DNA of 64,000 nt, taken from Clostridia bacterium (GTDB taxonomy: Bacteria; Bacillota; Peptococcia; DRI-13; UBA5745). Both the position numbers and the translations under genes were made by a program. Below are positions 48,464-57,756 of the stretch, one piece after another. Below the pieces are notes generated by a model that saw only the letters and a list, made by a program, of their open reading frames with translations, ran no database searches and was not told the origin of the DNA. Position 1 is the first letter of the stretch, and every line of letters starts with the position of its first letter. The stretch is from NCBI GenBank assembly GCA_018434325.1, contig JAHDPO010000007.1, forward strand, positions 266,210-330,209, read 5' to 3'.

Positions 48464-48616
48464 ATGGACCCCAGACAAAAACCTTTTAAGCGCATATCTC
48501 TTGACGGTGACATTGACAGGCCGATTCCCGAAGATATATATCCCGTGCTGGACACTGATCTTGCCCGTGACAACCTTGAAAATGATATCTCCGCCGCCGA
48601 TTTACAAGATTTATAA
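48464..48616 (+). CDS. Hypothetical small acidic protein (50 aa)
   Basis: Strong SD AAGGAGGA 6 nt upstream of ATG 48464; MDPRQKPFKRISLDGDIDRPIPEDIYPVLDTDLARDNLENDISAADLQDL. Confidence 0.4.
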   Translation: MDPRQKPFKRISLDGDIDRPIPEDIYPVLDTDLARDNLENDISAADLQDL

Positions 48617-48735
48617 CGAATGAATATATTAATTTGTATTACTATATCACAAACACCGTTAAAACAAAAGTAATTACTGTTTAATCCGGTATCGCATAAG
48701 ATTATTCGAGGAGGCTATGGGGTACCGGTTCTCGC

Positions 48736-48786
48736 AAAAAAAGCCCTCCCGCAACCTTAGCAGGCTGCGCAGGAGGGCTTTTTTTG
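48736..48786. terminator. Bidirectional intrinsic terminator (3' end of the long catabolic operon)
   Basis: A7-GCCCTCC-N22-GGAGGGC-T8. Confidence 0.7.
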
Positions 48787-48790
48787 ATCT

Positions 48791-50071
48791 TTATACGCAG
48801 ATAAGCGCGGGGTTTTCCAAATACTTTTGCAGGGTTTGCAGAGCAGCGCCGATGGCGGCGCCGTCCAGCACCCGATGATCATAGGTGATAAATACGGTCA
48901 TCATGGTACGAATGCAGATCTGATCCTGATATACCGCCGGCTTCTTTACGGTGCGGCCAAAGCCAATAATGGCTACCTGGGGCGGACTGATAATCGGCGT
49001 TCCGGTATCAATGGGGAACATGCCCACATTGGTGAGGGTAAAGGTGCCTCTGCTCTGCTCGCCGGGCAGCAGTTTGTTTTCCCGGGCCCGCACAGCCACT
49101 TCCCGCAAGGCCTGGCTTAACTCCAGCAGGCTCATTTGTTCGGCGCTCGCAATCACCGGCACCATCAGGCCGATATCCGTGGCCACCGCCGTGCCCAGAT
49201 TGACATTGGGATAAGTGGTGATATTGGCGCCGTCAAAAGTCGAATTAAGCAGGGGGTTTTTCTGCAGCGTCCTGATCGTGGCCATGGTCAGCAAATCGTT
49301 CAGCGTGATCTTCCGGCTCAGGAAGGCTTCGTTTTCCAGCAGCTTGCTGCGGAAATCCACCAGGTCGGTAACGTCAAACTCCACGGTGTTATTGCATTGA
49401 GCCATACTGTGCAGGCTCTCAAACATATTGTTGGCTACGGCTCGCTTCAGGCCCGCCAACGGCGTAATCACAGGCTGGCCGCTGACGGTGAGCTTGCCTG
49501 CCGCTGCGCTTGACCCAGCGGCGGCTACGGCAGACATATCAGATACTCCGGCTGTACCGATGGCGGCCGTGGTGGCTGTGGCGCCGCCGGTTTGGGCTGC
49601 CAGCACGTCCTTGGCCACAATGCGGCTGTTGATGCCGCTGGGCTTGACCATTCGCAGATCTACCAGGTTTTGCCGGGCCAGCTTTTTAGCGTAGCCGGTT
49701 GCATTAATGCGACCCTGGGCGGATACCGGAGGCGCGGCGACCGGCACAGCCACGGCCGGCGCAGCCGCGACCGGTGCGGCGGCAGCCGGCGCAGCGGCTG
49801 AAGCATCGCCTCCTTGCAGGGCAGAATACTCCTCCTGATTGGCGGCAATGTAACCGATGGCGCCGCCTACGGGGATCACATCCCCCTCCCGGGCAACGAT
49901 ATGGAGCAGCCCGTCATAAGGAGATAAGCATTCAATGATGTTTTTCTCGTTTTCATATTCCATTACCACCTGGCCGGCGGCAAGCTGCTCCCCTTCTTTC
50001 GCACGCCAGCTGGTGATCGTTCCCTCGATCATGGTTAGGCCCGCTTTAGGCATGACTAATGTAAAGCTCAT
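48791..50071 (-). CDS. Dihydrolipoamide acyltransferase E2 (lipoyl domain - Ala/Pro linker - E3-binding - catalytic domain)
   Basis: Lipoyl-lysine region; AAAPAAAAPVAAAPAVAVPVAAPP linker; catalytic DHRVLDGA. Confidence 0.85.
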   Translation of the reverse strand: MSFTLVMPKAGLTMIEGTITSWRAKEGEQLAAGQVVMEYENEKNIIECLSPYDGLLHIVAREGDVIPVGGAIGYIAANQEEYSALQGGDASAAAPAAAAPVAAAPAVAVPVAAPPVSAQGRINATGYAKKLARQNLVDLRMVKPSGINSRIVAKDVLAAQTGGATATTAAIGTAGVSDMSAVAAAGSSAAAGKLTVSGQPVITPLAGLKRAVANNMFESLHSMAQCNNTVEFDVTDLVDFRSKLLENEAFLSRKITLNDLLTMATIRTLQKNPLLNSTFDGANITTYPNVNLGTAVATDIGLMVPVIASAEQMSLLELSQALREVAVRARENKLLPGEQSRGTFTLTNVGMFPIDTGTPIISPPQVAIIGFGRTVKKPAVYQDQICIRTMMTVFITYDHRVLDGAAIGAALQTLQKYLENPALICV

Positions 50072-50140
50072 GTTTTATTTGCTTTGTCCGCATATTTGCG
50101 CGACAAATCCTTCCTTTCCCTATAAATTTGCTACGGAGTG

Positions 50141-51109
50141 CTAGAGCATTTTGCGGATGGCGGCTGCAATCTGCTCTGCATCGGGTATAGCGTACTTTTC
50201 TAATTCAATATTGTAGGGCAGAGGAACATCCAGGGCGGCAACACGAACAACGGGGCCGTCCAGCTCATCGTACATTTCTTCCTGCATCATGGCTGCAATT
50301 TCTGCGCCGACGCCGGAGGTTTTGTTGCTTTCTTCCACAACCATGGCCCGATGGGTTTTGCTGACGGAACGCCGTACTGCTTCTTTATCAAAGGGTACCA
50401 ATGTACGGGGATCCAATACCTCGACGCTGACGCCTTCCTTGGCCAGGGCCTCGGCTGCTTCCAGGGCTCTGCCCACCATCAAACCGATGGCGATTACGGT
50501 AACATCGCTGCCTTCCCGCTTGATATCGGCTACGCCAAAGGGAATGGTGTACTCTTCCTCGGGTACTTCCCCCTTTGTCTTATAAAGCTGCTTATGCTCA
50601 AAGAACATAACCGGGTTGTCGTTGCGGATGGCTTCTTTCAGCAGGCCCTTGGCATCGTAAGCATTGGAAGGGCTGGCAACCAGCAGACCGGGAGAGTGCA
50701 TATACAGACTTTCCAGACAGTTGGAATGCTCGCCGGTGGCGCCGAAGGAAGATCCCATGGCGCTGCGGATTACTAAGGGCAGCTTATATTCCGGCCCATG
50801 CATATACCGCCATTTGGCTATGCAATGATAGATCTCCGCGAAGGCCACCAAAGAAAAGTCGGCATACATCAGTTCAACGCAAGGCCGCAGACCGGTTTCC
50901 GCAGCGCCCATGGCCGCGCCGATGAAGGCCATTTCCGAAATGGGAGTGTTGCGAACCCGCTTGGGGCCGAATTCCTCCAGCATGCCCCGGGTAATTCCAA
51001 ATATATTGCCAAATTCGGCGATGTCCTCGCCAAAGACTAAAATCCTGTCATCCCGCCGCATTTCTTCTTTCATCGCGTCGCCGACGGCCTGTGCAAAAGT
51101 GACCAGCAT
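50141..51109 (-). CDS. 2-oxoacid dehydrogenase E1 component beta subunit (transketolase-like)
   Basis: Transket_pyr + Transketolase_C, 322 aa. Confidence 0.85.
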   Translation of the reverse strand: MLVTFAQAVGDAMKEEMRRDDRILVFGEDIAEFGNIFGITRGMLEEFGPKRVRNTPISEMAFIGAAMGAAETGLRPCVELMYADFSLVAFAEIYHCIAKWRYMHGPEYKLPLVIRSAMGSSFGATGEHSNCLESLYMHSPGLLVASPSNAYDAKGLLKEAIRNDNPVMFFEHKQLYKTKGEVPEEEYTIPFGVADIKREGSDVTVIAIGLMVGRALEAAEALAKEGVSVEVLDPRTLVPFDKEAVRRSVSKTHRAMVVEESNKTSGVGAEIAAMMQEEMYDELDGPVVRVAALDVPLPYNIELEKYAIPDAEQIAAAIRKML

Positions 51110-51139
51110 ACTATTTCCTCCTCGTTTCTTTCCTGTTAT

Positions 51140-52102
51140 TTAAACGTACAAGTATTCGTAGATTTCTTCCGGCGTGATGGCGGGGCTGGCTTCGGCAAAG
51201 GCGATAGCCCTTTCCATTTCGTCGTCGAACTGCTGATACATATTGTCGATAGTAGCCTGATCGATAATCTTTTTATCCAAAAGCAGTTTTTCCATCTTAG
51301 CCACGCTGTCTTTTTGCATCCATTCCTCAGTGACCTTTTTATCCCGGTAAGGCGTCTGATCGCCCTCGAAATGGCCCCTCCAGCGATAGTTTTTGCACTC
51401 CAGCACAGCCGGGCCGTTGCCTGCCCGGATATGATCCGTCAGCTTCTTGGCGGCTTCGTAAACGTTCAATACGTCAGTGCCGTCGGCAATGGCCGAGGGC
51501 ATACCGTAGGAGGCGGCTCTGTCGGCGGCGGGATTAGGCACGGAGGAGCCTTGGGAAACGTGGGTGGAAATCCCGAACTGGTTATTGTCGCAGACAAACA
51601 GCACCGGCAGCTTCCAGACGGCAGCCAGGTTCATGGCTTCATGAACGGGGCCCCTGTTAGCGGTACCGTCGCCGTAGAAAGTGTAAGCGATGTTGTCGAT
51701 ACCGTCATATTGCAGGCGCATGGCTGCACCGCCTGCCAGACCGATATCGCAGGCCAAAGTGGCGGAAAAGCCCAACATGTTGTATTTGAGCTGGGAAACG
51801 TGATTGACGCCGCCCCGGCCGCCGGCATTACCGGTGCGCTTGGCCATGATTTCCGAGAAGGCGGTTTCCAGGCTGACGCCCAGCAGATTGGCAACAGCAA
51901 TGCAGCGATGACTGTTTTTGAAGTAGTCGCCCTGCTGCCGGGTGGCCAGGGTGCCGGCGTAGCAGGCTTCGCCGCCGAGACCGCTGTGGATGTGGCCGGG
52001 GATTTTGCCCAGAGCATAGGTATCCACCAATTTTTTTTCAAATAACCGGCAATGCAAAAGCTCTTCATACAACTTCACTAAAAATTCGTTACTGTATTCC
52101 AT
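51140..52102 (-). CDS. 2-oxoacid dehydrogenase E1 component alpha subunit (TPP-dependent)
   Basis: MEYSNEFLVKLYEELL start (comp. ATG 52100-52102, SD AAGGAG); TPP motif GDGTANRG...CDNNQFGIS, YRWRGHFEGD. Confidence 0.85.
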   Translation of the reverse strand: MEYSNEFLVKLYEELLHCRLFEKKLVDTYALGKIPGHIHSGLGGEACYAGTLATRQQGDYFKNSHRCIAVANLLGVSLETAFSEIMAKRTGNAGGRGGVNHVSQLKYNMLGFSATLACDIGLAGGAAMRLQYDGIDNIAYTFYGDGTANRGPVHEAMNLAAVWKLPVLFVCDNNQFGISTHVSQGSSVPNPAADRAASYGMPSAIADGTDVLNVYEAAKKLTDHIRAGNGPAVLECKNYRWRGHFEGDQTPYRDKKVTEEWMQKDSVAKMEKLLLDKKIIDQATIDNMYQQFDDEMERAIAFAEASPAITPEEIYEYLYV

Positions 52103-52147
52103 GTGCTTTTTCTCCTTACTTTGTGATTTTGAAGGTGACAAAAGGGG

Positions 52148-53533
52148 TTAGCGGTTGACCATATGAATAGCCCGTTTTTCCACCGCCAGAGCGGCTTCCC
52201 TGACGGCTTCGCCCACTGTGGGATGGCCATGTATGGTGCTGATCAGGTCATTTACGGTGGCTCCCATCCGAATGGCTAAAGCTCCCTCCATGATCAGATC
52301 CGTGGCCCGGGGGCCGGCCATGTGCATACCTAAGACCTTATGGTCTCCTGCAGCCGCCACAATTTTGATCAAGCCCACGCCCCCGTTCATAATCAAGGAC
52401 TTGCCGTTGGCCGCCAGAGGGAAGATGCCTGTTGCGTAAGGGATATTCTTCGCCTGGCAGGCTTCTTCCGTCAGGCCGACGGTAGCGATTTCCGGCGCCG
52501 TATAAACGCAGGAAGGGTTGGTACTTTCATCATAAAACGCTTCATGACCCAGGGCATTTTCCGCCGCAATCTCTCCTTGAACGGAGGCCACATGGGCCAG
52601 CATCGTTCTCGAAGTACAGTCGCCAATAGCATATATGCCGGGCACGTTGGTTTCCATCCGGCTGTTGGCAATGATAAAGCCTCTTTCCTGAAGGATACCG
52701 GCTGCTTCCAGACCCAGGCCGACCGTATTGGGCCGGCGGCCGGTGCAAACGAGAACCTGCTCGCCCTCAACCAGGGTCTTCCTGCCATCCACATCAACCT
52801 GAACCCTTGCAAGAAAGCCGCCATCCGTAACGGCCATAACCTTGGCTGCCGTCAGGATCTTTATGCCGTTCTTCTCCAACTGTTTGCGGGCGGCCCGGGC
52901 GATTTCTTTATCGATCATCGGCAAAACTTCCGGCAGCATCTCGATCACCGTCACATCTGTACCAAAACTGCTGTAGGCTGTGGCCATCTCGATGCCGATA
53001 ACGCCGCCGCCAATGATCACCATGGAAGCGGGCGGCCGGCTTAAATTCAGCCCTTGGGTGGAATCGATACATTTGGGACTGTCCAGACCGGGTACCGACG
53101 GCATTATCGGCAAAGAGCCGGTGGCAATGATGATTTTATCGGCGCTGAGGCTGCGCTTGCCCGAGGCTTCCGTAACCTCCAGGGTTTTTGGCCCCGTAAA
53201 ACAGGCCGCACCGGAAATCACTTCCACGTCGGCAGCCTTCAAAAGCTGAGTGACGCCCCGGACAAGCTTGGCAGTAATTTGGCTTTTATTCTTTTGCACC
53301 TGGGCAAAGTCCAACTGAGGAACCGCAATAACACCGGCCAAGGCGCCGTATTTGGCTTCCGCCAGCAGCTCCGCGCTGTGCAGCAATGCCTTCATCGGAA
53401 TGCAGCCGATATTCAGACAGGTGCCGCCCAGATGTTCCTTTTCGACCAGGGCGACCTTTGCCCCAAGCTGGGCAGCCCGGATAGCGGCAACGTAACCGCC
53501 CGGGCCGCCGCCGATCACAATCATACTCGTCAT
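52148..53533 (-). CDS. Dihydrolipoyl dehydrogenase E3
   Basis: VIGGGPGGYVAAIRAAQLG, redox disulfide GGTCLNIGCIP, HAHPT region. Confidence 0.9.
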   Translation of the reverse strand: MTSMIVIGGGPGGYVAAIRAAQLGAKVALVEKEHLGGTCLNIGCIPMKALLHSAELLAEAKYGALAGVIAVPQLDFAQVQKNKSQITAKLVRGVTQLLKAADVEVISGAACFTGPKTLEVTEASGKRSLSADKIIIATGSLPIMPSVPGLDSPKCIDSTQGLNLSRPPASMVIIGGGVIGIEMATAYSSFGTDVTVIEMLPEVLPMIDKEIARAARKQLEKNGIKILTAAKVMAVTDGGFLARVQVDVDGRKTLVEGEQVLVCTGRRPNTVGLGLEAAGILQERGFIIANSRMETNVPGIYAIGDCTSRTMLAHVASVQGEIAAENALGHEAFYDESTNPSCVYTAPEIATVGLTEEACQAKNIPYATGIFPLAANGKSLIMNGGVGLIKIVAAAGDHKVLGMHMAGPRATDLIMEGALAIRMGATVNDLISTIHGHPTVGEAVREAALAVEKRAIHMVNR

Positions 53534-53555
53534 TACTTATGATCTCCTTTGTTTT

Positions 53556-54833
53556 CTATTTCGTGATGCTGGGCAGCAGCATAGAAATCTGCGGGATGAA
53601 GGTAATCGCCAAAAGGGCTACGATACCGGCCAGAATGAAAGGCACTATTTTTCTGCAAATTTCTGATACGCTGGTTCCCGATATGCGGCAAGCCACGTAA
53701 AGATTGATGCCTACAGGGGGGGTAATCAGGCCGATTGCCATATTGACCGTCAAAAATACGCCGGCATGAACCAGATCCACGTTTAAAGCGTTGAGAATGG
53801 GAATCATAATCGGTAAAAGAATGTAGAAAGCGGAGCTGGCGTCCAGGAAGCAGCCGGCAATCAGGAAGATTACGTTGATCAGCAGCAGCAGCACCACTTT
53901 GCTGGAGCTGACATTCAGCAGCCAGGCGGAAAAATCCGAGGCGATGTGGGAGGTGGTCAAAAGCCAGGCAAAGACGCTGGCGCAAGCCACGATGTACATA
54001 ACTACGCCGGAGGAGATAGCCGAGTCCACAAAAAGATTCCAAAGGTTTTTGATTTTGATTTCTTTATAAACGAAAATACCGACGATCAAACCGTAAACCA
54101 CCGCAACGCCGGCGGCCTCGGTGGGAGTAAACACACCGCCGTAAATACCGCCCAAGATGATAACCGGCGTCAAAAGGCCCCAAATGGCATCTTTGAAAGC
54201 TATCCACATCTCCTGCCTGGAGGCCTTGGGCTGGATAACAATCTTGTCGTTGTTGCGGGAGGACCAGCGGGCAGCGACAACGTAGGCGATACCCACGACG
54301 ATACCGGGAATGATGCCGCCGCTGAATACCTTGCTGACGGAAACATCGGCAATGGAAGCGTAAATAACGAAGGCAATACTGGGGGGGATAATGATGCCGA
54401 TGGCGCCGGAGGCGGCCATCAAGGCGGAGGACATGCCCTTGTCATAGCCCAGCCGGGACATAGCGGGAATCAAAACGCTGCCCAGAGCCGCCACAGTGGC
54501 GGGGCCGGAGCCGGAGATGGCGGCAAAGAAACAGGACACTACCACCAACACGCCGATCATACCGCTTTTGCGGTGGCCGACGCAAACCGTGGCAAAGTGA
54601 ATCAGCCTTTTGGAAATACCGGCATAGTCCATGATCACGCCGGCCAAAATAAAGAAAGGAATGGCCAGCAGCGTAAATTTGCCGATGGCGGAATACATGA
54701 TGCTGGGGAACATGGCTAGGGGATAACCGCCGTAAACCAGGCCCACCAGGGTGGAAAGGGACAACGAAATAGCGATGGGGATATTCAAAAAGATGAAAAG
54801 AAAAAATAGTCCAAAGAGTATCAATGCTAGCAT
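53556..54833 (-). CDS. dctM: TRAP transporter large permease subunit
   Basis: 12-TM DctM fold, 425 aa. Confidence 0.85.
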   Translation of the reverse strand: MLALILFGLFFLFIFLNIPIAISLSLSTLVGLVYGGYPLAMFPSIMYSAIGKFTLLAIPFFILAGVIMDYAGISKRLIHFATVCVGHRKSGMIGVLVVVSCFFAAISGSGPATVAALGSVLIPAMSRLGYDKGMSSALMAASGAIGIIIPPSIAFVIYASIADVSVSKVFSGGIIPGIVVGIAYVVAARWSSRNNDKIVIQPKASRQEMWIAFKDAIWGLLTPVIILGGIYGGVFTPTEAAGVAVVYGLIVGIFVYKEIKIKNLWNLFVDSAISSGVVMYIVACASVFAWLLTTSHIASDFSAWLLNVSSSKVVLLLLINVIFLIAGCFLDASSAFYILLPIMIPILNALNVDLVHAGVFLTVNMAIGLITPPVGINLYVACRISGTSVSEICRKIVPFILAGIVALLAITFIPQISMLLPSITK

Positions 54834-55342
54834 ATAACCTGCTCCTCCCCTGCTTTAGGCTCCTGGCCTCTCCACAGCCGTAAGAACTCAAGAATACCGG
54901 CCTGCAGGCTGCGAACAGCGATAAATAAGCCGCCTACAGGCATAGCCAGGCCTTGCAGAGCCGAAGGAAGGTGGAGAGCCGGGGTCATGGATTTCAACAT
55001 GATCTGATTACCGACCATCTCGAAGCCCAGGTAAACCATGAAACACATAGTGGCTAAGGAGCAGACCATGGAGAGCAGGACAAAGACAGCCTGACCCTTG
55101 CGAGGGAATTGATCCACAACGAAGCTCATGCCCAGATGAGAGTATTTTTTGTAACCGGCGGCAATGCCCAGCATGGAAACCCAGACAAAGGCCATAACCG
55201 TCAGCTCTTCCGTAAAGGAAAAGGAATTGGCAAGCAGATAGCGGCTTACAACATTGGCAAAATTCATTACCGTCATAAAAGCCAGAAAGATAACAATCAG
55301 TGTTTCCTCGATATAGTCAAGGATTTTTAATACCATTTTCAT
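54827..55342 (-). CDS. dctQ: TRAP transporter small permease subunit
   Basis: 4-TM DctQ, 171 aa, overlaps dctM by 7 nt. Confidence 0.8.
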   Translation of the reverse strand: MKMVLKILDYIEETLIVIFLAFMTVMNFANVVSRYLLANSFSFTEELTVMAFVWVSMLGIAAGYKKYSHLGMSFVVDQFPRKGQAVFVLLSMVCSLATMCFMVYLGFEMVGNQIMLKSMTPALHLPSALQGLAMPVGGLFIAVRSLQAGILEFLRLWRGQEPKAGEEQVIC

Positions 55343-55468
55343 AATTTCCTCACGATGACCTTTCTGTCATTTTTATATAGAGAGGAAGGGGAAGCCTTAG
55401 CTTGCGCCCTTCCTCTATTTTGCAATACATTAAAATGATGGATTCTGCCGGCAGCCAACCGGAGAAAA

Positions 55469-56521
55469 TTAGAACTTATAGCCAAAGGCGGCAAAGACAT
55501 CTACGCCAATCTTATCCTTGTACATTTCATAGACGGGAGCCGCAGCCTTCTGGAAAGCGGCGATTTCTTCGGGTGTCAACTCGTTGATTTCCATAACTTT
55601 AGAGAATTCCTCAATGATCTGGGCGTCTTTATCCCGGGAGGCTTTAACCTGAGCTGCACCGGCTGCCTTGCCGGCTTCTTCAAAGATGGCTTTCTCTTCG
55701 TCGCTGAGGCTCTTCCACAGCTTGCCGCTGCTCATGATCATGAAAGGATCATAAGAGTAGTTCCAGATGGTCATGTACTTTTGGACTTCCTGGATCTTGG
55801 CGCTGCGGATAGTGTCATAGGGATTTTCCTGGCCGTCGATGGTGCCCTGCTGCAGAGAGGTAAAAACCTCGCCGAAGTTCATGGCTGTGGGATCGGCGCC
55901 GAAGAGCTTATAGAGCTCCACATACATAGCGATAGGTGGTGTACGGACCTTCATTCTGGCCAGGTCGGCAGGGGCATGAACGGGACGGACGTTGTTGGTC
56001 AGCTGACGGAAGCCGTTTTCGCCCATGCCCAGGACTTTAACGCCTTTTTCTTCGATCATGGAGGCCAGCATTTTGCCGCCTTCGCCGTTAAAGAGAATTT
56101 CGTCTACGCTGTCATAGCCTTTGGTGAACAGCCAGGGCATGGAAGTGACGGTGAGACGGGGATCAAAGCCAGTCATGTTAATAACGGAACGCATGTCCAA
56201 ATCAGTGATGCCGGTGAAGAGCATTTCCGTACCCTTTTGCAGGTCGCCGCCGGAAAGCTGCTCGTTGGGGAAAATCGATACGGTATATTTGCCGTTGGTT
56301 TTTTCTTCGATAATTCTCTTGAATTCTTTGGCGCCAACCATCCAAACGCTGGCTTCACCGGTAGTTACGTTCATTTTCAGGTCGATAGCCTTAACGGGAG
56401 CCTGAGTGGCTTGCGTGGAACCCTGGGAAGCGGGCTGCGCGCCGCCTTGAGAACTGCCGCAGCCGGCCAGCAAGCCGGTGATCAGTAATAAGCACAATAA
56501 CGTAGAAACTAGCTTTTTCAT
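55469..56521 (-). CDS. dctP: TRAP transporter substrate-binding lipoprotein
   Basis: Lipobox LLAGCGSS. DctP family. Start MKKLVS (comp. 56519-56521, SD GGAGGA) is preferred over upstream Met 56536. Confidence 0.8.
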   Translation of the reverse strand: MKKLVSTLLCLLLITGLLAGCGSSQGGAQPASQGSTQATQAPVKAIDLKMNVTTGEASVWMVGAKEFKRIIEEKTNGKYTVSIFPNEQLSGGDLQKGTEMLFTGITDLDMRSVINMTGFDPRLTVTSMPWLFTKGYDSVDEILFNGEGGKMLASMIEEKGVKVLGMGENGFRQLTNNVRPVHAPADLARMKVRTPPIAMYVELYKLFGADPTAMNFGEVFTSLQQGTIDGQENPYDTIRSAKIQEVQKYMTIWNYSYDPFMIMSSGKLWKSLSDEEKAIFEEAGKAAGAAQVKASRDKDAQIIEEFSKVMEINELTPEEIAAFQKAAAPVYEMYKDKIGVDVFAAFGYKF

Positions 56522-56574
56522 TTTCTGTTCCTCCATTCGATTTATGTTTCTTCCTTAGACATAAAATAAGTCCG

Positions 56575-57465
56575 TTATTTCTCTCCGCTGATTACTACCC
56601 CCATTCTTTCTTCAATGATTTTTATACAAGCGCAATGGTCTTCATTACCCAGATTGCGGGCTCCCACTTGCTCCATGTATTCTAAAGCCAAAGCCGCAAA
56701 GGGAATTTCAACTCCCATGCCGGCAGCCAGCTCCACAGCGTTGCTGAGATCCTTTTGATGCAGTATGGTTTTGGCGCTGGGCCGGAAGTCCCGCGCTATG
56801 ATCTTTGGCGCCTTTTCGCTAAGAACGGTACTGGCCGCATAGCCGTCCTTGATGGCGGCAAACAATACCGTCGGATCAATGCCGGCTTTTTGGGCAAAGG
56901 CGAAGGCCTCACCCATGGCCAAGATATTGCAGCCGACGATCATGTTATTGGCCAGCTTGGCAATATTGCCGCTGCCGATAGGTCCCATGTAGGTTACCCG
57001 CCGGCCGATACAATACAAAAGCTCCCTTATAGTCTCAACAGCTTCACAATCGCCGCCGCACATCAGCACCAGTTCGCCGGAAATCGCAGCTCTTTCACCG
57101 CCGCTGACAGGAGAATCTACCAGCTGCACGCCGGCGGCACAGGCCATAGGATATAAATCTTGCAGAATATGAGGAGCCGTAGAGCTCAAATCAATAATGA
57201 TAGCGTCTTCTCTGGCGTTCTGGAGAATTGTACGTATTGTGCTTTCAACACTTTTGTTGCTGGGCAAGCTGAGAAATATGAATTGACAGATTTTTGCGAT
57301 ATTTGCAGCGCTGTCTTCAGTAATACCGCCGGATTGGCGGAAGGATTCCATTTTACTTTCATTTACGTCATAGCCGACAACGGTCAAGCCGCTTTTGGCG
57401 AGAAGATTCTTCGCCATGGGAAGCCCCATTGTCCCTAACCCGATCATCCCGATTTTTTTCATCAT
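56575..57465 (-). CDS. NAD(P)-dependent 3-hydroxyisobutyrate/tartronate-semialdehyde-reductase-family (HIBADH-like) dehydrogenase
   Basis: GMIGLGTMGLPMAKNL (Rossmann), 6PGD-like C-domain; first gene of the ten-gene operon. Confidence 0.8.
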   Translation of the reverse strand: MMKKIGMIGLGTMGLPMAKNLLAKSGLTVVGYDVNESKMESFRQSGGITEDSAANIAKICQFIFLSLPSNKSVESTIRTILQNAREDAIIIDLSSTAPHILQDLYPMACAAGVQLVDSPVSGGERAAISGELVLMCGGDCEAVETIRELLYCIGRRVTYMGPIGSGNIAKLANNMIVGCNILAMGEAFAFAQKAGIDPTVLFAAIKDGYAASTVLSEKAPKIIARDFRPSAKTILHQKDLSNAVELAAGMGVEIPFAALALEYMEQVGARNLGNEDHCACIKIIEERMGVVISGEK

Positions 57466-57521
57466 CTTCCCTCCGGCGTGATCTATGTTATGAATCTTTT
57501 TTGCCTGTTTAACTTATTCGT

Positions 57522-57730
57522 CTTGTTATACAAGTATGATAATTCTCAACGATTAATTTGTCAACAATCAATTTTTAAGAAAACCCATATAAATAATAGG
57601 AAACCCTTACACTGCTTGAAAAAACTATGTCTCTGCCTGGCTTTCTCGCCGTCGGTACGAGGCGGCAGCCACAGCTGAAAGCGGTATTGACAAAATCTTT
57701 CCGCAATATTATCATACATGTATTACAAGA
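57522..57730. promoter_or_regulatory. Divergent promoter region with two palindromic GntR-type operator candidates (TGTnnTACAAG)
   Basis: Minus promoter: rc TTGACA 57559-57564, rc TATCAT 57536-57541, palindrome CTTGTTATACAAG at 57522-57534 over +1. Plus promoter: TTGACA 57687-57692, TATCAT 57710-57715, palindrome CATGTATTACAAG at 57718-57730 over +1. Confidence 0.5.
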
Positions 57731-57756
57731 TAAACAAGATGAAAGAGGTGGTTATT

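Noticed and set aside
52103-52141. Longer start (MSPSKSQSKEKKH...) for the E1-alpha gene at 52141
   Set aside because: There is no SD and only 6 nt to the lpd stop. The internal ATG at 52100-52102 has a canonical AAGGAG SD and gives the conserved MEYSNEF N-terminus.
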